Made by a program: the position numbers and the translations under genes
The notes under the pieces: generated by a model
The model's database searches: none
What the model was told of the DNA's origin: nothing
Seen by the model: only the letters and a program-made list of their open reading frames with translations
Source: Polyangiales bacterium
GTDB lineage: Bacteria > Myxococcota_A > Polyangia > Polyangiales > Polyangiaceae
DNA length: 64,000 nt
Direction: 5' to 3'
NCBI GenBank assembly: GCA_038230375.1
Contig: JBBRNJ010000002.1
Span: forward strand, 160,001 to 224,000
Part shown: positions 39,422-47,737 of the stretch, one piece after another
Position numbering within the stretch: position 1 is the stretch's first letter
Layout: each line of letters opens with the position of its first letter

Positions 39422-42393
39422 GGCACGCGCTCCTTCGTGAGGAACACTCCGGAGTCCAACCAGTAGCGATCGAACGTGGCCGTCTTCAGCGCCAGCACGA
39501 AGTCCGACGGCTCGTAGCTGTACTGCCCGCGCGTGGACTCCACCTTGGAGATGATCACCGGCGCGTCCTTGGTGCGCTGGAACTCGATGGTGACGCGATC
39601 GTCCAGGAGCGCCTGCTCGACCTCGGGTGTGGCGGGCCGGATCTCGAAGAGGGGAGAGCCTTCCATCTGCTCGCTGGCCACGTTGCGGAAGCCGATGCGC
39701 ATCTCGCTCGTGTAGTGGAACGGGCGGCTCTTGTCGGGGCTGCGGCCGCCCTGGCCCTTGCTGTCGCGCGGGAAGAGCTCGTTGTCGTGCGGGATGTGCG
39801 GCTCGGTGTCCTGGTAGAGCCCGTAGACCGGGTTCTTCTCGGCCTCGATGATCTCGTCGAGCGCAAAGCCAGCGAGCTTGTTCTTGCTCGCGAGGTGCAG
39901 GATGGCGGCGCCTGCTGCGACGGTGCTCTTCGGATCCTTGATGAAGCCTGCGTCCTGCCACTTGGAAGGATACCACTCGCTCACGCGGAAATTCACCATC
40001 GCCTTGATGCGCGGCGGCGGGACGGGCATCTCGTTCACGAAGAGCGACCGCACCGGGATCAGCGCAGATGCGCGCCCGGCGAGCACCAGGAGGTCGATGT
40101 CGAACTGCGCCAGGATGTCCGCATAGCGCCGCAGCGGCTCGCGCAGCACGCGGGAGATCACGCGCGAGACCTCGTCGTGGTCGAACGTGAGGAACACGTT
40201 GAACAGGCCAGGGAAGTCCGGGACGTGCTTGGTGAGGAACGCATCCGCCTCCTCGAGCACGGCGCCACCAAGAGCCGGTCGCTCGAACGCGGAGAGCGCG
40301 TCGTTCGGCAGCATCATCTGGCCCGGTGAGATCTCCTGCGGCACCGTGCCCTCGCCCAGGGCCCAGAAGCAGCGCGCGAGCGGCATCCAGTAGTTCGGCA
40401 CCAGGCGCGCGCGCAGGCTCTTCCACTCCGCGCCGAAGCCCGCGTCGCCTTCGCTCATCAGGTGTATGAGCTTGCGCCGCGCCGCTGCGGTGGGGATCTG
40501 CGAGAGGATCTGCGCGAAGACGATGTCCTCGACGAGCGCGCGACAGACCTCGTCGCCGGCGATGGAGACACCGTCCTGGAACAGCTTGCGGACCTTGAGC
40601 GCGGTGCCGGTGCCGGGGAGGCGATCCTCGTACTCGGCGATCATCACATCGGTGGTGCCGCCGCCGATGTCGACCGACGCGATGCGCAGCGAGCCGTGCG
40701 GCTTCTCGCCCGGGTTGTCCACGATGCCCGGCTTTCCGCCGTACACGGAGATGAGCTCCTCCATGCTGTTCTTGAACGTGTGCGCGACCTCCTCGTAGAG
40801 GTAGACCATCTGCGCGGCCAGGGCCTCGTCCACGAAGAGGAACGAGCTGTACTGGTTGGTGGCGGCGTCGAAGTTGGGACGCGCCTCGGGCGGCAGGTTC
40901 AGCACGTAGGCCGTGAGGATGACGGCGTTGCGAATGAGTGCATCATACACGCGTCGCTCTTCGTCAGGCATGCCCGACGGGTAGGTGACGACCAGGTGTT
41001 TCAGGACGCGCGGGTTGCCCTCCTTGCCCTGGAAGGCTCGGTATGCGGGCGAGCCGATCTGGGAGAACGCGTGCGTGAGGATCTCCACCATGGCGAACAG
41101 CATCATGGTCCGCGGCGCGTAGCGTGGGTTCGGAGGCGCGGCCGGGCCGTCCTCGCGCAGGAAGAGGCCACCGGACTCCTCGGGCAGGTACTTGAGCAAG
41201 CGTCCGAAGATCGGCGGGTGCTCGCCTTCGACCGTCTTCGCAAAGTGCCAGCGCTCGTCGCTCGGTCGGTGGTCCCACAGGTAGCGCTTGGGTCCGGAGA
41301 TCGTGCACGCGTAGCGATGCGGCGTCTCCACCGCGCGGTCGAGCGCCTCGCGGCCCATGCGCACGATCGACGGAAGATCGAAGCTCGCGTTCGTGGCAAC
41401 GGCCTGGTGCGCCTTGTCGAAGGGGCTGGGCACGAAGGTCACGCGAGAGTCGAAGGTCTCCTCGCTGACGTCGAACGGGTTCTGGTAGTTGCGCACCGTG
41501 AGCGGGACGGCGCTCATGCCGCTCACTCCGCCGGAGCGCGGCTCCACGATCAATGCGCTGGACCGCGAGTTGCCGAAATCCAGGATGAGCGACACCGGGA
41601 TCTGCGGGTGCTCCTCGAAGCGCGACAGCTTGATCTTGGGGAGCAGCGGATAGAGCGTGTCGTAGAGGGCGGCCAGCTTGAAGAGCGCGCGGTCGATGCC
41701 GGCCTTCTCCATGCGCCGCACCAGATCGCGCGTCTCGGGGTGATCGAAGAACGGGCCCACGTCGCCCTTGTCGAGCGGGCGGAACGGGCGATCGCGATCG
41801 AGCGCCGCGTCCAGGTGGCGGCCTTGCGATCCCGCGCGCTCCAGCGTGTCGACGGCGAGCAGAATGCGCGCGGACCGCGGCCCCTCGGCGGACAGGAACA
41901 CCTGCACCGCGTGCGGGTTGGAGAGCTGGTAGGGCACCGGCAACCAGCGGCCCGAGAGCTCCGGAAGGTGATCGGCGCAGGAGATCTCGACGTCGGGCTC
42001 CTCACCCGCCTCTGCGCGCCTCACGCGGAAGCCTTCCTTCGACGTGTTCACGGAGGTGGTCGGCCTGGCGGGCATGGACGCAGGCGCGGTGATCTTTGGC
42101 GCTGCCGCGGCTGGCGGGCCGCCGAGGCCGACCTTCTTCCCGGCACTTGCGGCGGGCGGGGGCCCAGCCTCTGCCGGGGCGCCCGCATCCTTCATGATGC
42201 AGAAGCTGGAGACGACGTCCGGCAGGTCACCGTCGCACGGGACCTCGTGGAAGATCGTCCCGGTATTGAAGAAGAGCTCGAGTACGAGCCCTGCGCCTTC
42301 GGAGCGAACCTGTGAACCCGCGCCAGCCGCGCCACCCCCCGAAGGTGATTGGGGCTTCGCGTCGCCCAGCGAAACTTTCTTTTTCACCACCAT
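39418..42393 (-). CDS. srfB: SrfB-family protein, actin/Hsp70-fold ATPase
   Basis: 'LILDFGNSRS', 'SGPKRYLWD', 'TYPSGM', 'DEALAAQ', 'IASVDIGGGTTDV', 'LAGRAS' and 'DPKSTVAAGA'. Confidence 0.88.
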   Translation of the reverse strand: MVVKKKVSLGDAKPQSPSGGGAAGAGSQVRSEGAGLVLELFFNTGTIFHEVPCDGDLPDVVSSFCIMKDAGAPAEAGPPPAASAGKKVGLGGPPAAAAPKITAPASMPARPTTSVNTSKEGFRVRRAEAGEEPDVEISCADHLPELSGRWLPVPYQLSNPHAVQVFLSAEGPRSARILLAVDTLERAGSQGRHLDAALDRDRPFRPLDKGDVGPFFDHPETRDLVRRMEKAGIDRALFKLAALYDTLYPLLPKIKLSRFEEHPQIPVSLILDFGNSRSSALIVEPRSGGVSGMSAVPLTVRNYQNPFDVSEETFDSRVTFVPSPFDKAHQAVATNASFDLPSIVRMGREALDRAVETPHRYACTISGPKRYLWDHRPSDERWHFAKTVEGEHPPIFGRLLKYLPEESGGLFLREDGPAAPPNPRYAPRTMMLFAMVEILTHAFSQIGSPAYRAFQGKEGNPRVLKHLVVTYPSGMPDEERRVYDALIRNAVILTAYVLNLPPEARPNFDAATNQYSSFLFVDEALAAQMVYLYEEVAHTFKNSMEELISVYGGKPGIVDNPGEKPHGSLRIASVDIGGGTTDVMIAEYEDRLPGTGTALKVRKLFQDGVSIAGDEVCRALVEDIVFAQILSQIPTAAARRKLIHLMSEGDAGFGAEWKSLRARLVPNYWMPLARCFWALGEGTVPQEISPGQMMLPNDALSAFERPALGGAVLEEADAFLTKHVPDFPGLFNVFLTFDHDEVSRVISRVLREPLRRYADILAQFDIDLLVLAGRASALIPVRSLFVNEMPVPPPRIKAMVNFRVSEWYPSKWQDAGFIKDPKSTVAAGAAILHLASKNKLAGFALDEIIEAEKNPVYGLYQDTEPHIPHDNELFPRDSKGQGGRSPDKSRPFHYTSEMRIGFRNVASEQMEGSPLFEIRPATPEVEQALLDDRVTIEFQRTKDAPVIISKVESTRGQYSYEPSDFVLALKTATFDRYWLDSGVFLTKERVP

Positions 42394-42514
42394 CGGATCA
42401 GAGAGCCGAAGCTATCAGAAAAAGCAGCGAGAACAGGTGGAAAGCGGCTGGGCTTTGCGGCGATCCTCCCGTAAAATTGGCCCCATGAGGTGGGGGTTTC
42501 CTAACGTGCATGGC

Positions 42515-43597
42515 ATGCAGCGCTCTTCGCGTCTGGGCCTCCCCGCGGGATTCCTGGCGGCCATCGTAATCTTCATCTCCACCCCCGCAGCGGCGGACCC
42601 GCCACGCATGGAGGTGCAGGCGGTCGAGCGCACGGGCTCCATGCCCAAGGGCGTGACCCTGTCTCCTGACGGGCTGCACGCGTACGTCACGAACTTCGGG
42701 GAGCTGAATCACAAGAACGTGATGGTGTACGACGCGAAGACACTCGCGCTCACCGACACCATCAACGTGCCCGGCACTGTCGTGGAGAGCGTGCTCTCGC
42801 CGGACGGCGCCACGCTCTATGCTTCCAACTTCCGGCGCGGGTCGGTGCAGTTCATCGACCTTGCGACCAAGACGGTGACGCACGAGCTCAAGACGGGCGA
42901 GAACCCGAAGGTGCTCGCGCTGTCGGCCGACGGAAAGACCCTCTTCGCTGCGAACTGGTCCTCCAACTCGGTCGCGCAGATCGACACGGAGAAGGCGGAG
43001 GTCGTGCGCACGTTGCACGTCGGCCGCCAGCCGCGCGGCATGGCGATCGCGACGAACGGCACGCTCTACGTGGCGAACTTCTGGGGCGAGTCCATCGATG
43101 TCTTCACGGGCACCGGCGCCCCGGCAGGTACGGACCCCGTTCGCACCCGCACCAGCACGTGCAAGGTGCCGCGGCACCTCGCGCTCTCGCCTGACGAGCA
43201 GACGCTCTACGTGTCCTGCCTCACCGCGTCGCAGCTGGTCGCGTACGACGTTGCCACCATGAAGGTCACGCACCGCGCGCAGATCGGCCGCGCCCCGAAG
43301 AGCATCTCCGTCTCCGCGGACGGCCGATACGTGTATTCTGCAGATTACGGCGACTCGCGCAGCGTGACCGCAGTCGACACCACCGACTTCACCGCGCGCA
43401 TCTTCCCGGTCCCGGGGATGGACCGCGGCAGCGGCGTGGTGGTCTACCCCGATGGCAAGCACGCCCTGGTGACGGGCTGGTATGACAGCCACCTCTACCT
43501 GGTGGGCTTCCAGGGCACGGGGGGCGATCCCGAAGAAGCCGCCAAGAAGACCCGCGGCTGGATCCACCGGGCCTACACCGAAGACCACGGCGAGTAG
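42515..43597 (+). CDS. exported YncE/YVTN-type beta-propeller protein
   Basis: Signal peptide ending 'PAAA-D' and repeats of 'PxGxxxSPDGxxxYV(T/A)N'. Confidence 0.85.
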   Translation: MQRSSRLGLPAGFLAAIVIFISTPAAADPPRMEVQAVERTGSMPKGVTLSPDGLHAYVTNFGELNHKNVMVYDAKTLALTDTINVPGTVVESVLSPDGATLYASNFRRGSVQFIDLATKTVTHELKTGENPKVLALSADGKTLFAANWSSNSVAQIDTEKAEVVRTLHVGRQPRGMAIATNGTLYVANFWGESIDVFTGTGAPAGTDPVRTRTSTCKVPRHLALSPDEQTLYVSCLTASQLVAYDVATMKVTHRAQIGRAPKSISVSADGRYVYSADYGDSRSVTAVDTTDFTARIFPVPGMDRGSGVVVYPDGKHALVTGWYDSHLYLVGFQGTGGDPEEAAKKTRGWIHRAYTEDHGE

Positions 43598-43702
43598 CCG
43601 GGAGTAGTCGGGAGTAGCGGCAAGTCGGGCCTCTCCGCATCCCAATAAATCGTTCACGATCCGTGTCACACTCTCCGTGTGGTGCCCGATGATCCCAGCG
43701 GC

Positions 43703-44668
43703 ATGAGCGATTCCGACCTCGCAGCGCTGAGAACGCAGCTCGTAGCCGTGGTCCGCGCCCGGGTCCCCGAGCCGGACGTGGAAGACGTGGTCCAGGCGAC
43801 GCTCGCCGACGCCGTGGCCGCGCAGAAGAAGCCCGCCGAGCCGGGCGAGCGACGCGCGTGGGTCTTCGGGATCGCGCGCCACAAGATCGCGGACTATCAC
43901 CGCGGCCGGAAGCGAAGCCGCGCCGACTCGGACGACGTCGACCTGCCGGACAGCGCACCCCACCATTCCGAGCGGGACCTGCTGCGGTGGGCCGAGGGCG
44001 CGCTTCCGCAGGGGGAGGACGCAAAGCAGACGCTGGAGTGGATGCTCGAGGAGGGCGACGGCGCCAAGCTCGAGGAGATCGCAACGCGCGCCAAGGTCCC
44101 GGCGCCGACGGTGCGAAAGCGCGTGAGCCGTCTCCGCGAGCACCTTCGCGCGCAGTGGAAGAAGGAGCTCGCGCTGGTGTTCGCCGCGGCGCTGCTCGCC
44201 ATGGCGGTGTACGTCCTCACGCGCGAGAAGGGACCAGAGGCGAACCACCCGGTGCCCGCGCCGACGCTCTCGGCGCTGCCGCCACAGGAGATCGCGCGGG
44301 GCCTCCGTATCGAGGCGCTCAAGAAGTGTGAACATGCAGACTACACGGAATGTCTGAAGATGCTCGACCGCGCGAAGGGCCTGGATCCGGCTGGCGATCT
44401 GGCCCCCGAGGTCGCGACCGCGCGCGCCGCCGCAGAGACATCCCTGCGCCCCGCGCCCACAGCGCCTGCGCCGTCGGCCGTACCGACCAGCAGCGGCGCG
44501 CCCATCGTTCCGCCGCCCACCGCCAACCCCACCGCCACCCCCACCGGCCTGCCGAAGCCGACCGGTAGCGGGTCGACACCCGCCCGTCCGACGCCCACGC
44601 TGCGGGGAAGCACGCCGTTCGGGACCGGCACGGGCGGCTCGAGCGGCTCGAGCGGCGGCTCGCTCTAG
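43703..44668 (+). CDS. ECF sigma factor with a C-terminal TM and extracytoplasmic extension
   Basis: Region 2 'EDVVQAT...AWVFGIARHKIADYHR', region 4 'EEIA...PTVRKRVSRLR', TM 'LALVFAAALLAMAVYVL' and a P/T-rich tail. Confidence 0.8.
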   Translation: MSDSDLAALRTQLVAVVRARVPEPDVEDVVQATLADAVAAQKKPAEPGERRAWVFGIARHKIADYHRGRKRSRADSDDVDLPDSAPHHSERDLLRWAEGALPQGEDAKQTLEWMLEEGDGAKLEEIATRAKVPAPTVRKRVSRLREHLRAQWKKELALVFAAALLAMAVYVLTREKGPEANHPVPAPTLSALPPQEIARGLRIEALKKCEHADYTECLKMLDRAKGLDPAGDLAPEVATARAAAETSLRPAPTAPAPSAVPTSSGAPIVPPPTANPTATPTGLPKPTGSGSTPARPTPTLRGSTPFGTGTGGSSGSSGGSL

Positions 44669-45609
44669 GTCGGAGGAACGGAGAAGCCGCGCAATACCTT
44701 GCCAACGTCCGCGGTCAAGAGGCCGACTGCGACGAGAGCGCCGGCGGGGTCGAGCCACGCCATGGGGACGTCGGGAGCCGGCGGCGTCTCGAACGCCGTC
44801 ACGGGCAGAGGCTTTCCATGCCGGGCCAGCGTCACGCCATCCGCGTTCAACGTCACGACGGGCAGGGCGCGCCGTGCCGCGTCCGCGAGCGCGATCGGGC
44901 GAAGCGAGTCTGACGCGAGCTCCGTGGCATCCGCGAGCGTGAACCCGCCAGACGCGAGCCGGCGCAGCCGCGATACATGGCCGACGGTCCCCAGCGCTTG
45001 CGCGAAGTCACGGGCGAACGCACGCACGTAGTAGCCCTTGTCGACGTGGAGCTCGACGTCGATCGTGCCGGCGTCCACGTCCGTCGCCGTGATCATCAGG
45101 CTGCGTACCCGGACGTCGCGCGGCGGCAGCACGACTGCATCCGCGCCCAGCTTTCGTGAGAGCGCGTGCGCGCGCTGACCGTCCACGTGGATCGCCGACA
45201 CCGACGGCGGAACCTGTGACGTGCGCGCGAGCTCCGACACGAGCGCTCGAGCGAGTAAACCACGACCGTCCATTGCGCCCTCGGGAGGTGAGGACGGCCA
45301 TGCGCGAAGCGCCGCTGCGAGCGCCTCCGGGAGCGCCCGCTCCTCCGTGACGATCCCGTCGGCGTCCAGGGAGTCCGTTGCGACCCCGAGCCGAATAGTT
45401 GTAGAATACACCTTGTCGTCCGCGGTCAGATACAGCGCCAGCTTCGTGGCCTGTCCGGAGAGGAGCACCAGGACACCCGTCGCGAGCGGGTCCAGCGTCC
45501 CCGCGTGACCCACGCCCTTCTGGTGCAAGATGCGTCGCGCCCGCGCAACGACGTCGTGGCTCGTCATCCCCGCGGGCTTGTCGACGATGAAGACGTTGTC
45601 CTGGCTCAT
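44665..45609 (-). CDS. truB: tRNA pseudouridine(55) synthase
   Basis: 'DKPAGMTSHDVV', 'GHAGTLDPLATGVL', 'QVPPSVSAI' and 'KGYYVRA'. Confidence 0.95.
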   Translation of the reverse strand: MSQDNVFIVDKPAGMTSHDVVARARRILHQKGVGHAGTLDPLATGVLVLLSGQATKLALYLTADDKVYSTTIRLGVATDSLDADGIVTEERALPEALAAALRAWPSSPPEGAMDGRGLLARALVSELARTSQVPPSVSAIHVDGQRAHALSRKLGADAVVLPPRDVRVRSLMITATDVDAGTIDVELHVDKGYYVRAFARDFAQALGTVGHVSRLRRLASGGFTLADATELASDSLRPIALADAARRALPVVTLNADGVTLARHGKPLPVTAFETPPAPDVPMAWLDPAGALVAVGLLTADVGKVLRGFSVPPT

Positions 45610-45684
45610 TGTGCGATCACGGTGCAGTCGTGGCGCACGGGGAGGGAACGGGACCCGGCGGGGCGTTGGTGGTAGCATTTCCGC

Positions 45685-47736
45685 ATGGCGCGCGGCGGCA
45701 AGAGAGACAAGTCGGGGCCCCCCCCGCAGGCGTCGCCCGCCATGCTAGGCCCGTACGAGATCACGGATCGCATCGCGACCGGCGGCATGGCGGAGGTGTA
45801 TCTGGCGCGGCGCGCGGGCCCGTTCGGCTTCCAGAAGCGCGTCGCCGTGAAGCGGATCCTGCCGCAGCTCGCCAAGGACCAGGACTTCGTCTCCATGTTC
45901 ATCGACGAGGCACGCGTGTCCGCGCGCCTGAGTCACCCGAACATCGTCACCGTGTTCGACTTTGGCGAGCACCAGGGTGAGCTCTACATGGCCATGGAGT
46001 ACGTGGACGGGACCTCCTGCGCGAAGCTCTTGCGCGCGGCCGCCGTGCAGGACCGCAGGCCGCCGCTCGAGGTGACGCTCCAGACCATTCTCTCCGTGCT
46101 GCGCGCGCTCGACTACGCACACTCCGCCCGCGACGACGACGGCAAGCCGCTCGACATCGTGCACAGGGACGTGTCGCCGGGGAACGTGCTCATCGACAAG
46201 TCGGGTGCAGTGAAGATCACGGACTTCGGCATCGCGCGTGCGGCCGAGATGGAGCGACGGACCGATGCTGGACAGCTGAAAGGCAAGCTGGGCTACATGT
46301 CGCCCGAGCAGGTCATCGGCCGCGAGCTGGACGCCCGGAGCGATCTCTTCACGCTGGGCATCCTGTTCGCCGAGCTCCTCACGCTCGAGCCGCTCTTCTC
46401 TGGCCCTTCGGAGATCGACGTGCTCCTGAAGATCCGCGATGGTGACACGCGCACGCTCGACCGCGCCGATCTGCCGGACGACATGCGTCCGATCATCCGG
46501 CGCGCGCTGGCCCGCGATCGCACCCAGCGCTTTCCATCGGCAGCGGCGTTCGCACAGGCCATCGAGGAGGTGGTGCGCCACCGCAGGCTACGGCTCGGTC
46601 CGGGACCAGTTGCAGACTACATCGATCGCCTCGCATGCGCAGAGGCACCAGAGGCGCACGTCCTTTCCATCACCAAGCCTGACGGCGGTGTCGTCGCGAG
46701 CGCTTCGGTCGCCGCACCTCCGTCTGGAGAAAAGCCGTTCGAGCGTCTCGGGCGGCTCACGGACCGACCACCGGGCGCGGCAAGCGAGGATCCGGTCCCG
46801 GAGATCTACCGCGTGGAGCTCGTAAGCGGCGTGGTCGGGCCGCTCGCGTTTCCTCGGCTCATCGAGATGTTCGTGACGGGGCGCGTGGACAGCAAGACCC
46901 TCGTGTCGCGCGAGGGCGGGCCGTTCCGCGAGGCCCGCAACTTCCCCGAGCTGCTCCGCTTCGTGTCCAGCCCCGCGCTGTCATGGGAGAAGGACGAGCT
47001 CGGCTCGGGCCTCGTGGGCAAGACGCCGATCGACCGCACGAAGCTACCGCAGATGCTCTTCGACCTGGTCGACCGCCGCGAGACCGGCATCCTGTTCTTC
47101 GCGAACGGCCATAACAAGAAGAAGGTGTTCCTGGCCGAGGGCATGGTGGAGATCGTGAGCTCCACGAACCCGAGCGAGCTCCTTGGCGAGCAGCTCGTGG
47201 CGCACGGTCAGGTGCTGCGCATGGAGCTCGACATGGCCCTGGCCATGCTCCCGTCGTTCAGCGGGCGGCTGGGCGATGCGCTCGTCGGCCTGGGTATCTT
47301 GCGGCCCGCGGAGCTGTTCCGTGCAATCTACACGCAAACGGTGGAGCGCTTCACGGAGGTGCTCTCCTGGGGCTCGGGCGACGTCGGGTTCCGGCGCGGC
47401 GCGCGCTCCCACGAAGACGTCATCCCGCTCGGCATCGACGTGCTCGGCATCCTGGGCAACACGGTTCGGCAGGCGTACTCGCGCGAGGACATCGCATGGG
47501 CGCTCCGTCGCGTCCTGTCGGAGAAGCCAGAGGCGAACGTTCCGGTCGATCGCCTGGGTCGGTACCGGCTCGAGCCCGCGGAGGAGCAGGTGCTCGCGTT
47601 GTTCGACGGCACGCGCACGGTCGCGGAGGCGTGCAAGGTGGCCGTGGCGTCGGGCATCTGTGACGCGCGACAGGCGGAGCTCGCGTGCTTCTTCGGGCTC
47701 TCGTACCTGATCATCCACGCTCCCTCGTGGACGTAG
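45685..47736 (+). CDS. Ser/Thr protein kinase with GYF_2 and DUF4388 (MshEN-like motif) domains
   Basis: 'GGMAEVY', 'VAVKR', 'HRDVSPGN', 'DFG', 'GKLGYMSPE'; then 'GPLAFPRLIEM...GRV..KTLV' and 'ETGILFF...KKVFLAEG...RLGDALVGLGIL'. Confidence 0.9.
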   Translation: MARGGKRDKSGPPPQASPAMLGPYEITDRIATGGMAEVYLARRAGPFGFQKRVAVKRILPQLAKDQDFVSMFIDEARVSARLSHPNIVTVFDFGEHQGELYMAMEYVDGTSCAKLLRAAAVQDRRPPLEVTLQTILSVLRALDYAHSARDDDGKPLDIVHRDVSPGNVLIDKSGAVKITDFGIARAAEMERRTDAGQLKGKLGYMSPEQVIGRELDARSDLFTLGILFAELLTLEPLFSGPSEIDVLLKIRDGDTRTLDRADLPDDMRPIIRRALARDRTQRFPSAAAFAQAIEEVVRHRRLRLGPGPVADYIDRLACAEAPEAHVLSITKPDGGVVASASVAAPPSGEKPFERLGRLTDRPPGAASEDPVPEIYRVELVSGVVGPLAFPRLIEMFVTGRVDSKTLVSREGGPFREARNFPELLRFVSSPALSWEKDELGSGLVGKTPIDRTKLPQMLFDLVDRRETGILFFANGHNKKKVFLAEGMVEIVSSTNPSELLGEQLVAHGQVLRMELDMALAMLPSFSGRLGDALVGLGILRPAELFRAIYTQTVERFTEVLSWGSGDVGFRRGARSHEDVIPLGIDVLGILGNTVRQAYSREDIAWALRRVLSEKPEANVPVDRLGRYRLEPAEEQVLALFDGTRTVAEACKVAVASGICDARQAELACFFGLSYLIIHAPSWT

Positions 47737-47737
47737 T

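Noticed and set aside
38753..40426. 557-aa ORF overlapping srfB by 1 kb, considered as a frameshift or overlapping gene
   Set aside because: The upstream part is compositionally a shadow frame. A GTG overlapping the srfB stop explains the real 222-aa gene, and no slippery site was seen.
33768..42393. The srf operon as a mobile genomic island or a secreted toxin locus
   Set aside because: No integrase, tRNA, flanking repeats, GC shift or secretion-system genes were seen in the window.
39177..45534. One-mismatch versions of TGYA-N3-TRCA (39177, 39371, 43339, 45524)
   Set aside because: Left out of the motif count because single-mismatch hits are expected by chance; they need a PWM test.
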